The position numbers and the translations under genes were made by a program. A stretch of DNA of 64,000 nucleotides, taken from contig CM022672.1 of the NCBI GenBank assembly GCA_012295275.1, positions 11,284,001-11,348,000 of the forward strand. Direction: 5' to 3'. This document shows positions 12,707 through 46,988 of this stretch, in pieces; the stretch's first letter is position 1, and every line of letters begins with the position of its first letter. The notes beneath the pieces are model-generated. The model worked only from the letters and a program-made list of their open reading frames with translations. It was not told where the DNA came from and searched no databases. The DNA is from Chrysomallon squamiferum. Taxonomy: Eukaryota; Animalia; Mollusca.

Positions 12707-14458
12707 TAATAATAATATTTTATTATTAGCAAAGTCAGATATCAACGAACAAATAAAATAATATTCTAGGACTTATACCAAAATATTAAACTGATTGTAC
12801 CAACCATCAAAAGTACATATTCACTCGAAGTTTGTAAAAAATTTAATTTCAGATTTTACTCAGTATCTTGATCATGTGGGGAGTATGTGGAATTCTCACA
12901 GTTACTGGCATGCTGACAGATGACAGCACTAACATCGAGTACTTGGCTAGAACGGACGCTAAATTAAACATTTATTACATGACACCTTGGTTCCAAATAC
13001 CATATCCAGGTATAGGTTTTTGTTATGTATGAATATATTTAAAAAAATAATAAAGTGAACTGTGTACTATTGACACTGAACAACAATAACAAAAACAAGA
13101 TTAAAATAAGGAAACAGACACCCCCCACACACACACACCAACACACACACACATGCATACTGATATACTTAAAATCAAGAACTACAACAACAATAAATAA
13201 ATAAATAAATACCAATAAAAATACGATCCTATAATTGAAAAATTTAATGGACGTCTGTTATTTCAGTATTATTATTATTTTTAAACTGTTGAAAATTTCA
13301 GGTCAGTTTGGAATACCCAAGTTTAACACAGCAGTGTTCACAGGCTTTCTGGCGGCCATCATTTCCTCTCTAGTGGAGTCAGTAGGTGACTACTTTGCTT
13401 GTTCGAAAGCTTCCGTCGCTCCACCGCCGCCCAACCACGCCGTCACTCGGGGAATCTTCATGGAGGGAGTCTGTAGCGTCTTGTCCGGAGCAGTTGGTGC
13501 CGGCCATGCTACAACGTCGTACAGCGGCAACGTCGCTGCCATAACTTTGACAAAAGTATTTATTAAAAAAAATATTTATTTTATGTAATATGTAGTTTTA
13601 AACGAGTATAATTGTAATTATATTATGCATATTTCGTTAGAAGTCACAGTATAACGTGATTTCCTTGCTTCTAGTTCTTCGTTTCTGTATAATTACTCTT
13701 TAAATATGAGAACCGATCCTCAGCTTGTGACTTTCCGAAAATCCTCTTTCAGTAACCTAATCAGATTTCGGACTAATCTTATGGGTGCTGTATGATTTTT
13801 TATTTGGGATGAACTCTAAGGATCTTGGCTATTATAGGATGGTATACGACACACGATTCAACCGAGCTGAATTTGTTTACACTCAGGCCGTAGTCTACGA
13901 CATACGAGGACACATACATAAAACATTTGATATAATTATAACAAAATTGGTGGATTTATAATAATGTAGATAATAATAAAATGTATACAATATATGTGCT
14001 AGAGGATATGGCAACACATCGATAGAATATATCGATTCTATCACAAATAAATATTTTATTAAATAAAATCATATAATTAAATATAAGTAGGTTTGTGAAA
14101 TATGGGCCAGTGAAAATACTAAAATGTCAAGTCAAAACCCTCAGTTTACTTTTTCAGGTGGAAAGGCAACAATTATCTACAGAGTGAACTTTGTAATCTG
14201 TTAGTTCGAATTAAAAGTTTATTTGAAACAGCATAATCGATAGTTTAATTTCTGCATTAAAAAAAAAAAAAAAAAAAATAAATAAATAAATAAATAACAA
14301 AAAAAAAAAAAAAAAAAAATTATATATTTTTTATTTTTATTTACTTATTTATTATTATTATTATTATTATTATAAATAAATAAATAAATAAATAAAAAAT
14401 CAAATATTAGATAAAATAAATTAAAAAGTATTATTATTATTATTTATTTATTTATTTA

Positions 14459-14521
<63 letters not shown>

Positions 14522-15871
14522 TTATTTTTTATTTTTTATTATTGAATCATTTACAATGAAAAGTATTGTCTTATGTTTAACAGTATTGTCTTACGTATGT
14601 AATCATTATCTATTATTTATTTATTTATTTTCAGACAGCCAGCAGGATTGTGATGTTGTTCGCTGGAATCATTATTATAATTATTTCAGTGGTTGGTAAA
14701 TTCGCGGCCATCTTTGCCATGGTACCAAACGCAGCCCTGGCTGGCGCATTAGTAGTGTCTTTTGGAATGCTTATTTCTTTGGGTATTTCCACCTTGAAGT
14801 ATGTGGATCTCTCTTCCTCTAGAAATCTCTTAATATTAGGAATGTCCTTGATGACTGGCATAATGATGTCTGAATGGGTTCAGAGATATCCCGACTTTGT
14901 CCATTCTGGTAAGTTGCAGCATAACCATAATGCTTCCAGATCCTGAGAAAAAGCTGTATAAATAGTCAGACGCCATTTTGTTTCTAGTATTAGAAATCTT
15001 GACTTGATTTACGAATTTGAATACGTATTTAATTTCTTATCTGTGTGTACTTTACTTGCACAAGCCTAAGTGCAAATACAGACTAACTTGCAATATTTAT
15101 CATTCATTTTATGATTATCTTTATAAAAATAAAGAAATAAATATCGCAGTATTCCCGAATAAACTTCATTCTTGCACTGTTAACATTTTTATTGAAAATC
15201 AAGGGTCCGTAACAAAACAAATGAATAAATATGTAAGTCAACAAATAATAATAAAAAGTAATAAAAACAATAATAAATAAAAAATAATAAAATAAGAGTA
15301 GAATCCTATTTTGTGTGTAAGAATTCCAAACAAAGAGTAGCACAGAACTTTTCCAATTCTTTTTTACTGTATTTGAAAAATGGAATGTATTCTGTTTTAC
15401 TGATGGCACTGTTTTGTCTTTTAAAGGAAACATCGAACTGGATTCTACAATAAAAGTTATTTTCGGAACACCTATGTTCTTGGGAGGCATCGTGGCTTGT
15501 ATACTCGACAACACAGTGCAGGGTAATGTAGAAACAAGAGAAAATTAGTGATTTATACTTTCATACAAACATTACTGTTACTGTTCATTTCATTGTTCAG
15601 ATATGAATACCATTCAGTATTGTCGATATACTTGTATTCGGTTGTATATAAGTGTATTATATTACTAAAATTCAGTTTTCTTTCTGGCAAGAAGAAGAAA
15701 TCAATATATATTCATAATCCATAAACGACACGTATATGTGTGACTTTCGATACAATATAATATTATATTTTTGTTGCGTACTTTCCAAAAGACAAATGAA
15801 TTAAGTAAAATATTAAAAGAAAGTACTACTAAAGACATTATAATTTAGATTTCAGTGATATTTGCAATAGA

Positions 15872-15903
<32 letters not shown>

Positions 15904-16221
15904 TTCTAAATACATTTATCTTTTTTTAATTCATAATCCAAATACTAGTGCTTAGACGTGTTGTTTCAGTATTTATTACAATTATATTTCACTTTAGGAA
16001 CGGACGAAGAAAGGGGAATGGTTGCTTGGCGAAAAAGTCACCTGATCTCGGGAACAAAAAGCGAGACCGAAACAGAGGCTATGGTCTACGAATGGAATTG
16101 TATACCTGCGTTATACAAGTTTGCCCCTTGGCTTAGTAAATTACCCATTATGCCTCCACTTCAGGCAAAACAGACATATTTAATATCAGAAACATCCGGT
16201 GAAAAAAGTTCGAAAGTTTGA
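9114..16221 (+). CDS. SLC23A: Solute carrier family 23 (nucleobase-ascorbate transporter, NAT/NCS2) member, SLC23A1/2-like, 11 coding exons, 600 aa
   Basis: Exons 9114-9263, 9599-9756, 10160-10251, 10997-11085, 11489-11670, 12068-12194, 12853-13009, 13302-13555, 14635-14908, 15427-15522, 15998-16221; all GT-AG, 1803 nt in frame. Hallmarks: AFQH in TM1, FQTYLGVRLPVFQGPS, IGPLTVAPTISLIG, ARTDA, PYPGQFG, ESVGDYFAC, PPPNHAVTRGIFMEG, VDLSSSRNL, LDNTVQGTDEERG. Orthology to a specific vertebrate paralogue not determinable here. Confidence 0.95.
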
Positions 16222-16491
16222 CAAAGAGGCATGTTACTTTCACATATGACCTTTAAAATATTTGCTGCATTCGGAACAACTCGACTAATTCCGGAATTAA
16301 CGCAACGGGATAATCTTAGATGAAAATTCTGATGAACTTTTATACTAATCATACTGCTAGAATGAAGAGGTATTTTCATTAACGTACGTCTTATTTATTT
16401 CTACTGTGATTTATTAAATATTGTCCTGTATTTTAAAGTTAAATATACTTGTTAATATTATCTTCATATTTTGATTATTTTAATATATTTA

Positions 16492-16497
16492 AATAAA
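16492..16497 (+). terminator. Probable SLC23 polyadenylation signal
   Basis: AATAAA about 270 nt after the stop, followed by a long T-rich tract. Confidence 0.5.
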
Positions 16498-16690
16498 ACA
16501 ATGCATTATTATTGTTTTTTTTTTTTATTTTTTTAAATTTTTTTTTTATTTTTTTTTATTATTGTTATTCATGATGATAATATTGTTGTAGTGAGGTCGA
16601 AACAAAACTGGCCAGGTGCTACAGTTGGAAAGGGTCTATGATTTTTAAGGCCTTCTACCCCAGTTAAAGGCAAATATGGACCCTATATAA

Positions 16691-16767
<77 letters not shown>

Positions 16768-17148
16768 TTGCTGTCATAGAAAAGATGGTCAATAGGTTTC
16801 ATAATTGATAATACAGATGAAATATAAATAAACAACAGATTTATTATTTAATAATATACGAGATGATCTTGTTACACAGTTTGGGAACAGGATTCGTTCT
16901 CTATTAAAATGAATTATAATCATTTTTATCTGACGGACGCAGACTGAGAATCCCTTTCTACAAGAGTCTCATCCTCCATCGGCGACTTCTGTGACAGAAA
17001 CACCACCAGTAAATGATAAGATAACTCACAAGTAATGCTATATATACATTTATTTATCTGAATGTCTTGTACATTACTTTGTAGTTCATTACAGTGTGTT
17101 TTAAACTATATTCTAGCAGCGTCTTCGCAAACTAACCATTTATCTAAT

Positions 17149-17260
<112 letters not shown>

Positions 17261-20200
17261 TAAAATCTTATATACAATCTATAACCTTGATATGATATAA
17301 ACTATAAACAGAACAACCTATTTGATGAATATTTATGTTTGTTTGCATGTACGTATGTGTGTGTATGTGTGTATGTATGTTTGTGTGTGTTTGTGTCTAA
17401 TACTGTATGTATATTTGTGTACGTATGTCTATGTCTGTGAGATCGAACAGTTCAAGTAAGTTAAACTCAGTATGCTATTTACCATATGTTATATATGCGT
17501 GCGTAGACGTGTGATACATCCCAATATGTTTGTATATTTTTTTTGTGTTAAATATATCATGATGTTACAACAATTTGTATAACTTTTCTGTTTCATATAA
17601 AACCATTTTTTTTTTAAATTAATTAATTAATCTCCCTATATAAATCTGTTAATTCACATTTCAATAACTAGTCCAAAATTAATCTGTTAACTCATTAAGC
17701 ATTAAGACTAAATATTTTTTAAAACTTTTAACTACAGTTTTAACTAAACACAAAAGTGCCAACTCGTTAGCTACAATTTTAATTTCTATATCGAAGGCAC
17801 ATAGTCATTGCTAAGTCTAGTAAAACTTTGAATACATAGGTCAAAAATAAACTTAACGAAATCGTAAAATAAATGATCGGTAATATAAAATACTTAAAAC
17901 AATTTGGCGAAATAGAAGTGATCTTATCTTTATATGTAAAACGTACTTCAGTATTTTAAAGCCTATTCAGTTTTCCCAAAACTTTAAAAATGAGTATAAT
18001 TTTTTTTAAATACCTTTCAAAAACAGTGTTTTAAAGTATTGTTATTTCTATTACTATGTTAATTTTAAAACCTTTTCAGTTCTCACAAAACCTGAATAAA
18101 CAGATTAAAAAAATACTAAAAAAAATAAACTTAGGATAATCTTTAAAATAAAAAATACTTTAAAATGTATACCAACATATCTAAATTAAAACGATTCTAT
18201 CTTGAAAATACTATTAATTTAAAATTTTAAAAACTGATCATTATTCAAATAAAAAAATATAAAAGTAAGAAAAAAAAGAGATCACAATCGTCAATGTAAA
18301 ATACATAAAAGAATCCAGTATATATAAATTAAACTTAATGCTATTTTTATTATATATAACCTACTTCATTATTTCACAACTTGTTCGCTGTGCTCGCTAT
18401 AATTAATTTACATTTATCTACCAGTGACATATATATATATATATGGATATATATTTTAATTTTTAACATCGTGTTATTTATTACTACATCTACGAGTCTG
18501 ATAATAATGCTAACAGCCTTGGCGTTTAGAAGCACAACTACATTCTAAATTATAAAATAAATTTGGCATCAAATATTTTTATCATCTTGAAAATAACACA
18601 GCATTTATAATTATAGCCTACATATAACAGTTACAGGCTTTCATCTTCAATAAATATACTCTCAAAACGTAAAGGTTATCAAACAGACTATATACGTTTG
18701 TATTATCTAGATATATGTGACAGTGTACATCGAAACAAGCAGTAAGTGGCGTTTTGGTTGTAATGAGTTATGCATGCATACATATTTTATATCATAAGCT
18801 TCACGATGATACCTTTCTTATCCCTATATTAATATCGGCAATAATGGAATATTCAGAGGAAACGTTACTAACTGCTTCAGTGGGTTACAAAAAAGAATTT
18901 TTCGTATTATAAACTTATGATTTTTGTTTTCTGTTGGTGGACATTAGGTAAGGTATTCATAATTGTCTTTTTTTTTCAAGAGCATCTTTAGCATTATAAA
19001 TTCATGTTTTCTTTCATTTGGAAAAGATATTTAGGCATAATTGAAAAATTGCAAAATTATGATTGTTTTGACATTTATGTTTAGTGCTAGGTTGAAAATT
19101 GTGACCTAATGTCTGATTCGATGAACAGGATCACAAATATAATTTATTGGCGTTCACTGAATATGTATCGCATCACTAACGTACGTCTTTCTTTACAGTA
19201 GGCTGATAAATGCTAAAATCCCTCCATAAAAATGTAATATTAGCACGGCATATGAATAACTTATTTTACTTATATATATATACATATCAAATGTATTCAA
19301 TGTAAACACATTATTAGATGGACGTACATGTAGGAGTAATTTGTATTGCACAGAGTTATATACATATCTGTGCACGAATCAGCTAAATGAAGGTATTTAT
19401 AAACGTATCTACAGTCGCATATTACTACTAGTCACATTTGTTCCTATTTACACATGAGCATATGAGTAAGGGTGGCAGAGCATTTGATTTGCAAATATTA
19501 AACATATAAAGATTCAAGTATAATTTTTTTTTTTAGCTTTATCCATGTTTTTTCCATATCAGTTTAAGTTACTTTGCGCGCCTCAAAAGAACTTGAATAC
19601 ATTATGAAAAGTATCTGTAAATATATTGCGATGTTGAACGAAGGGAAATAACTCATGTATTTCCTGTAATGGACGTTTCGCACTACAGTACAACAAACCT
19701 ATGTAGAAAACACATAAACTAATGAATTCTACAAAGGAGTGTATATTTCTTTCAAAACAGTCTGCTCTTGGAAAGCTATATCGACTTGTAATAAAAGGAC
19801 CGGATTCAGAATTTCAGAAAAAAGGAAATGCATCATATACTGGAAACAAAAAGTTCGGTTGCTAGCTCAACGGGTTTTCCATAATCTGAATCCGTATACG
19901 TATTGTATATATATATACCATTGACTAATGTTATTAAATATGTAAATTTGCATTCACCGGCTTATACGCTGTTATGAATAAAGATTATTGCAGTTAGTCT
20001 TTGTTTAATCTAAATAATGTTAGTGAGAAGATATCTTAAAGTATATGTACTGAAGAATATATCATATTCTTATGTACATACACATAATTTAAGGATTTTG
20101 TAAATAAATAGCATGATTTTAGCTCATCAAATTTAAACATAATTATACAGAATCAAATTTAGAAGACATATCATTCTGAGTCATATTTTTCAGTAATTAT

Positions 20201-21607
20201 ATCACAATAACAGACGATAAATTGTCCAGACACATAATGGGAACAACTTACAATATAGATTTTTTTTTTAAAGCAATCACCTATTTAATTAACATACTTA
20301 GGTCACATACGATTGACAAAACAGTTACTTGTGACATAATTCATTATGTTAGAGACTACTCCGCTCATTAACCCGCTTTACTAGGAATTATCTCTTTTAA
20401 ACGGAATGTTGAACTAACGAATATACAAACTGTCTTCTATACAGGCAGTCACTGAATCACAACAGAAAACATACAAATATTCCGCTGACTTTTTGTAAAT
20501 GCATTTGACTGCTAACATTATCATTTATATTATGTAAGACTATGCTGTACTGACCAGTCAGAACCTATCCAGAACATCTTTCAGATATAACACAATATAA
20601 AATCTTTTTAACCATAAATACAAGTCTTAAAATTTGGAATTGTACTGTAACTAATCTGGTTTGTAACTTTCATTTGTACGGTTCAGTTAAATATGTAACG
20701 AGATTTCCATGACGTTCTAATTAGAAGCCATGTCATAAAAAAATGCATGTAGTCAAACTGTATTTTTTTTTCTCTCATATTTCTGGCCGTTCATGTACAA
20801 TTACTATATGATCATGACGTGAAGAACCAATTTTCTTTTTTATATTTCATAATAAATCAGATAACAAAACGAACATTTTAAAATAATTCTGCAAAAAATA
20901 TGACATTCTACCTATTTTCAATAATCACTTGATAATGTTATCAAAGACACAGTTAATAAATACAGACTTTCTCTATACTTTGTATACAGCTAACTTACAC
21001 ACATTACATTAACTATCCACCTTGTTCATCATATACTAAACGTCTTCACCATCACTTTGTTTTAACGTCAATCCAGTCTGGAAATGATCTAATCACAAGC
21101 TTGACTCCGCTCAAAGAACTCACCATTCCAACATATCATTAGACAGATATACTCGTAGGCCATGGAAAACTTGTTCATAATTGTTTAGACTGCTAATTCT
21201 CTTTTCATTCACTAAACGACATCACAAAGAAATGAAAATCTGAGCTTGCTTTAAATTCTGGCCAACAAAATAATCTCGTGTCACAGATTCACATCCATTT
21301 GGACGAGTATTGCTTCTTTTATTTACGAAAATATTTACATGTTCCCTACATTTTTTTTTTTTTTGTTCAGTATATATTACTGACTGTCCTCGTTTACTCC
21401 CTCTTCCAGAATCACTCACATTTATCCAGTCTTTTCAGCACGCACTAGATGAACACTACAGCGACCTACTACAATTAAATCAATTTCATATTCTGTTCTT
21501 GCTTTTATTACTGTTACCCTTCCAAGCTGTTTCCTTTATTCAGCACATTTTCCTTGCTTGGTCTTTTTCTCTTTATTTTACTTGTGTCCGAGGACTGTTT
21601 GCTGGTT

Positions 21608-39918
<18,311 letters not shown>

Positions 39919-40547
39919 TTTGACCGGCAGCTCCTTCACCCTTCACGCGTGACTCCTGTAGAATATAAAACAAAAATACAGAATTCACCGAAATAATCTT
40001 TTTTTTTCTCTTTTTTTTCCCTCGGTACTAACGTTTGTCAAAGTCATGAAAGGTATGGTAAAAATTATATTAAAATTAGATTAATTGTACACGATTTAAA
40101 TTTACAGTCATCAAAAAATACTGTTTGAATTTAAAGAAATAATATTCTGAAGACAAATTCTGGAACTTTATACTGTGTTTTTTTTCTCTCTCTTTATATT
40201 ATTATTATTTTTTTTTTATTTAAATAAAGTGTACCATGTGTATGTAGATGCAAACTAGAGAAATGATAGGTAGACAGAGAAAGAGAGAAAGAGAGGGAGA
40301 GAGAAAGAGATGTATATAGCTAATCAGTACATGATCTACGAGATGACGTCACAACTACAATTTCTTTTAGTAACATTGATATCTTATAATCGTTATTTTA
40401 TTTTCATTGACTGAAAATAGTCATTACAAACAAATAAAACTTTAAATAGATAATTTGTTTTCATTTTTCTATACTTATGTAAAATAATGCTTTCATCATT
40501 ATTATCTTGCAATAGTGTTTTAAACTAAAAGTGTTTTAAAAAAACCC

Positions 40548-40761
40548 AACAGTTTCACCACATTCTCCTGTAATAATGTTTCAATGTGTATGTATGTAAA
40601 ATAAATGCTACAATTCTTTAATATACCCGTACGTATAACAACCATTTTCTCCACACTGTCCTGCGATGGTGTTCTAATGTATACGTATGTAAAATAAATT
40701 CGGAAATCTTTTAATATACCCGTATGCGTAATAACAGTTTTCACCACTTTGCCGTGCGATA
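40548..40761. repeat. 93-bp tandem repeat, about 2.3 copies
   Basis: gtatgtaaaataaat and aatatacccgta recur 93 nt apart; aacagttt(t)caccac recurs. Confidence 0.8.
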
Positions 40762-41682
40762 CTTTTTTTTTTTTTTTTTTTTTTTTCATCGTATAATCAC
40801 CGCAGGACTCTGACTGCGACCACAACCCCCAGAGTACACATCGCTTAAAGACTTTCAGCCGACTTTCATTTACCCACCATTGTGACGAGCACATATTGAT
40901 AATAACATGCACAAACGATTTCCAAACGGCATCGATATGAAATCCATTGACAAATGTAAATATTTGTGACAAATCGATTCATCATGGATCTAGCTTGTCT
41001 TTTCCCCGCACTCTACCTTGAAGCTGTGTTAATCTTATTTCAAAAATTATTCCCGCATGTCCAGGGGTCTAATTGCTAAAGGATTGAAAGATCAATGATG
41101 AAGAGGTAGAGAACCGGTGTTGTCGTGGCTTTGGAGATTTGCAATTCAAAAATCTCTGCTTTTATTCTGCAGCGTTAGTTAAAGGAGCCATGCAAAATAG
41201 AAGAAGAAAAATACGATTGATCTCTCAAGCCGGAATAGAAACTTTAGTTTTAAAAGTCGTAACTGTTACGTTTCGCTCTTGTTTTTCTTTTTATCAGAGC
41301 GTGCTGCCGTTGTGGTTAAACCACAGATGTAATTTATGCTTTCATACATACGTACACACATAGATACATAGATACATATATACATATATACATACATACA
41401 TACATACATACATACATACATACATACATACATACATAGATACATACATACATACATACATACATATAAACATATGTACATATATATATAGACGCACATA
41501 GTACGTACGTTTATACATATACACATACATACATACTTACATAAATACATAGAGACAAAAACACACACGTGCATTAAAGTATTAGAGGTAGAGATATTTA
41601 TTTTTTGTGTGTAAATGAGACTACAATATATAGATTCATTAATTCAACAAAACGTTTAGTAATCACATGAGTCATTAACGAA

Positions 41683-41788
<106 letters not shown>

Positions 41789-42201
41789 ACCCAAAACCTA
41801 GCAAAATTATATTCAACTAAAATTACCAATAATAAATCTTATCGAATTCTGTTTGTACGAATGAAATTTTTTTACGAAGGTCATGTCCTTTGTCTGAAAA
41901 GTCGATTTAGTTTTATTTTTGGAAATCCCGGGAAAAGCTGAAATTTGGAGAAACATCTTACAAAAACAGATATAAAATCTATTATTCTGCAATAAGTCAT
42001 GCAAACATATTATGACTGCTTCACTGAGGTTCTGTTGATTTAACATGCGATTTGCTAGAACGCCCACATGAACAAGAACGAAACGCAATTTTCCAGACAG
42101 CACCTATGAATATTTATTGGTGCCAATAAGTTACGCGTACAGTAAAACCCTTAAAAGTTGTACTTCGAGAATAAAACTTCGATAGCTATTATAACTATAA
42201 C

Positions 42202-42246
<45 letters not shown>

Positions 42247-42389
42247 AAATACTGCTGCTGCTTCTACTACTATTATTACTACAACTATTTTTACTACTAG
42301 TATTATACCCCACTCTTTAATCATTCGTTTGCAGTTGTTTTTTTGGTATATATATGTATGTGTGTATCACTAATTCTGTAAATTACTGT

Positions 42390-42900
<511 letters not shown>

Positions 42901-43333
42901 TTAATTGATTTATGTATTATTAAACGAATTCTGTAGAGTGACATATCACACAGCAAACCCGCAGGTGTGTTAAATAAGAACTGTTGTTAACACCTTCTTT
43001 CATTTCGTTGTTTTTTTTCTTCACTTGATGAAGTCGTATTACGTGTTATGTGTTAATTGACAAAATGTGTTAATTTGACATCTGCCTGCCTGCGTTTATT
43101 AATTCCACGTACGCTTAATATCAGCCAAAAATAAATAAGGAATAAGTAAAAACATAAGTAAAAACATATACAGATACATAAATAAATATGTAGATAAATA
43201 CATACATACATACATACATACATACATACATACGAACATGTACAAACATAAATACATATGTACGTACGTACGTATATACATACATACATACCTTCAAACA
43301 TACATACTTACATACATACCTTCAAACACACAC

Positions 43334-43366
<33 letters not shown>

Positions 43367-43673
43367 CATACATGTATAGTACATAAAGTTTAATATAGAT
43401 ATATAATAATAATTTTGAATACAGCTAGACGTAAAAGTCTGTAGTAAAAACGTAATAAGGTTATTTCATAAGTAATTTCCCTTCGATAATCACGCTATTT
43501 TGTCTTGTCGTTGGCCAAAATATTACGTATACATCTCTGTGTATACACATAAATACATTTCAACAATAACATTTGTAGCATACACGTATAGCCATTCATC
43601 AACATTCTCTTATATCCATGTACCTGTATATATAACTTCTTTTTTCCAACGAAATATATATATTTTTTCTGAT

Positions 43674-43704
<31 letters not shown>

Positions 43705-44531
43705 ACTCATCACAGACACACACATATACAGAACCAATATATCTGTGTCATAGATATTTTCATGAAAATAAATTTTATATTCAGTCCAATATTCTGTTAT
43801 AATTAAGTTAAGCTATGTCATGATATATTATATTATAACTGTTATTATATTATATTATATTATATTATATTATATTATATATGTTTCGAAGACAGAATAT
43901 TTTCTGAACCAATAAAAAGGACTCACATTCGAAAAATATATAAGTACATGTATATGTTGTTTTGTTTTTTTAATATTTTGGAAAGATTTACAAGGTTTTA
44001 ATACATTCTGTATTTTTATGAGCGATATTCAAAGTGCTATCAATTAACTTTCAGTCATTTTTCAACGAATTATTCGACAGAATAACATTTCAATTGAAAT
44101 TTTGTATTAAGTCCTGATATATAGAACCATTTTGTATATAACATTATGTATGTCTGGGATAAAGAAAAAAAAATCATAATAATAATAATTCATACCGGAG
44201 TTAATTTATATTATATATGTTACCAAGGAAATCATTTCATATTTGGACCAAGTTATACTATACAAGTTATGAAAGACAAATAATTTGTATCGGTATAGTC
44301 TAAAATAGTCTCTTTATGCAAACGGACATAAAAAAAAAAAAATTGTATAAAGAGATTTTCGAAGATTCGAATTTTCCATCATAAATCAATTATTACAACT
44401 GCATACTACAGAAAAACCACTCACACACAGAAAATTTCAATGGGTAAAATTAACGGCTTGAAATTAACAATAGTTTTTGTCTTGTTTAGTTGCGGCAGTA
44501 AACTCGAAACGCGAATTACGACTGAACTTAC

Positions 44532-44860
44532 CTTAGAACGGACAGCACTGACGGCTGTTTTCTGTCCGTGAAATACCCGCACCCTGTCTCGAAGTAGCTC
44601 TTACCTCAGTTTGCCAGCTAGCGGAAATGACATAACGCCCACCCAGGGGATTAATATGAATATTGGAAATCAGCAATAACGGAGACCTCGGGGATCGATG
44701 TTCATTATCGTTCACGGTTTCGGTTACATAACCGCGATTGGTCTGCGCCGTGTGCCAATATTAGAAAACACTTACCGTGAAAAGAACACCACTCAATTAT
44801 AAAGCCGATTGACATGCGCAGTAGGAGTTTACCGTTATTCAAAAGTTTATAAAAGTGGCC
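44532..44860 (-). promoter_or_regulatory. Candidate VMAT proximal promoter and non-coding first exon(s)
   Basis: CpG-enriched island 4.6 kb upstream of the acceptor at 39956; minus-strand donors AAG|GTAAGT (44532), GAG|GTAAGA (44605), ACG|GTAAGT (44776); TATAAA on minus 44851-44846; CCAAT boxes at 44737-44741 and 44755-44759. Confidence 0.6.
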
Positions 44861-46770
44861 GCAGCCAACGGTGTAAGAAAAAAAAAAAAAAAAAAGAAGA
44901 AGAAGAAGAAAAAAATCTCGCGGAGATCTCGCCGTCGAATCAGGGCACGATTCTTGATCGTCTGCGTTCGGCGAAAAGACACGCGCCATTTGCAATTATA
45001 TTAGACCTCCAATTTAGAACTGATTAGGTTTGAGCTGTAGCATGTGAAATACGGTGATAGAGATCAAAAGATGACTTTGTTTTATTTCACTGCATATGTA
45101 GCGGTAAAAACATCCTTTTAATCGATTGTTCTAACAGGCGGCGTTTGGAAGCGGCAGACGTAGGGAAAGTAAAAGTAGTAACTGTTGTTGTTGTAGTAGA
45201 AGTAGAAATTGTAGTTCTAAGAACTGTAGTTCTAGTAGAGTTGTAGTAGTAATATTAGTAGCACTAATATAGTAGTTGCAGTAGTAGTAATCATACAAGT
45301 TGTAGTACTTCCAATAACAACAGAAGTATTAATATTAGTAAACCAATATATATTGACTAAACCAATATAAGACACTTGCATGACGTAACTTAAATATTAT
45401 ATGATAAAACAATGAAATACTATTATTATTACTAATTGTTGTTGTTGTTGTTGTTGTTCTTATTATTATTATTCTTTATATTCTTAAATTTTAAAGATAT
45501 TTAAAGTTTTAATATTTGATATTTAATTTTAATTTTTAAAATTAATTTGTTTCCAGGAACACTTCATGAAGTTTAATTTTCTAAACTGAAAAATAATAGT
45601 CTGAGTCAAATTCAGAAAAGATCAATAAACAAAAGCACAGTCTCTGATCTTTTTGTATCAGCTTTGATTAATACAATTTGTGTGGGACATTTTAGTCGCC
45701 AGCCTAAAAATATGGTCGCATATGTAATCAAATACGTCAGTTGCAGTGCAGATGGTTTCTTTAAAGAAACTGAAGTTCTCGGCGATTTTGTTGTTTCATA
45801 AAGATATACAACGAAAAATCTCAGATTAATAATATGCACATTATCTTTATGTGAATTAGCAACGAGAGATAGATTTATATATATATATATAAAAAAAAAA
45901 AAAAAAAATCACACAAAAAACAACAACAAAAAAATAAAATAAAACCCACACTAACAAACGAAGAAACAAACAACAACAACAAAAAAAAAAAAAACAAGGC
46001 ACAACAACAACAACAAAATAATAATAAAAAAACAAGATGGAATATCCTTTTATTTTTATATGAAAGGTTTCTTCACACCAGTCAGTTTTCCCAATCATTA
46101 TATTTGACGTTATGAAAGGAAACACCAAAATTTCAGCCTTACTAATGCAAAAAAAAAGAAGAAAAAAAGTATAGATCATTTCATTTTTAATGACCACAGC
46201 TTTTATAATTTATAAGTACATAAACATTCTATATAATCATCACCGACGACATTGCCAACATTAAATTCATTGATATCATCTTCATCATTGTCATAACCAT
46301 CAAATTTCAAGATTTTGAATGCATTTGCTACCATCATTATCGATGTCGTCGTCTTCATTACCATAATCATCAAATGTTATCGTCGTTATCATCATCGACT
46401 TTGTCACCATTTTCATAATAATCAAGTTTTCATCATCTTTGTTGTCTGCGTCATCATCATTACCATAACTGTCATCATCGTTGTCGTGTTTTTGTTTTTA
46501 AACACAAGAACCACGGGAAAATAACATGAAATGTCAGCAATTCCGTACTGCATAGCCTTTCTCGCCGAGAACACTGGCTTGAACTTCATTTTATTAACAG
46601 AATATAAACAGCTGTCAAGACAACAATCTTATTAATTATTCACATCTGGCGTGTTATGTACTAGTGCGAATTCTTGCGGAACGGATTGCAGACATAAGTT
46701 TCGCCCATTCTTCAGTATTGGATGACATTCAGACACAGGCAGAGACACAGCCATATTCATATGCAGATAC

Positions 46771-46890
<120 letters not shown>

Positions 46891-46931
46891 CACTCATATA
46901 TTTACGACCACACACAATCATATATGTATGT

Positions 46932-46988
<57 letters not shown>

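Noticed and set aside
13761-13962. Open frame in SLC23 intron 8 (SDFGLILWVLYDFLFGMNSKDLGYY...)
   Set aside because: SLC23 splices completely without it; no family similarity recognised.
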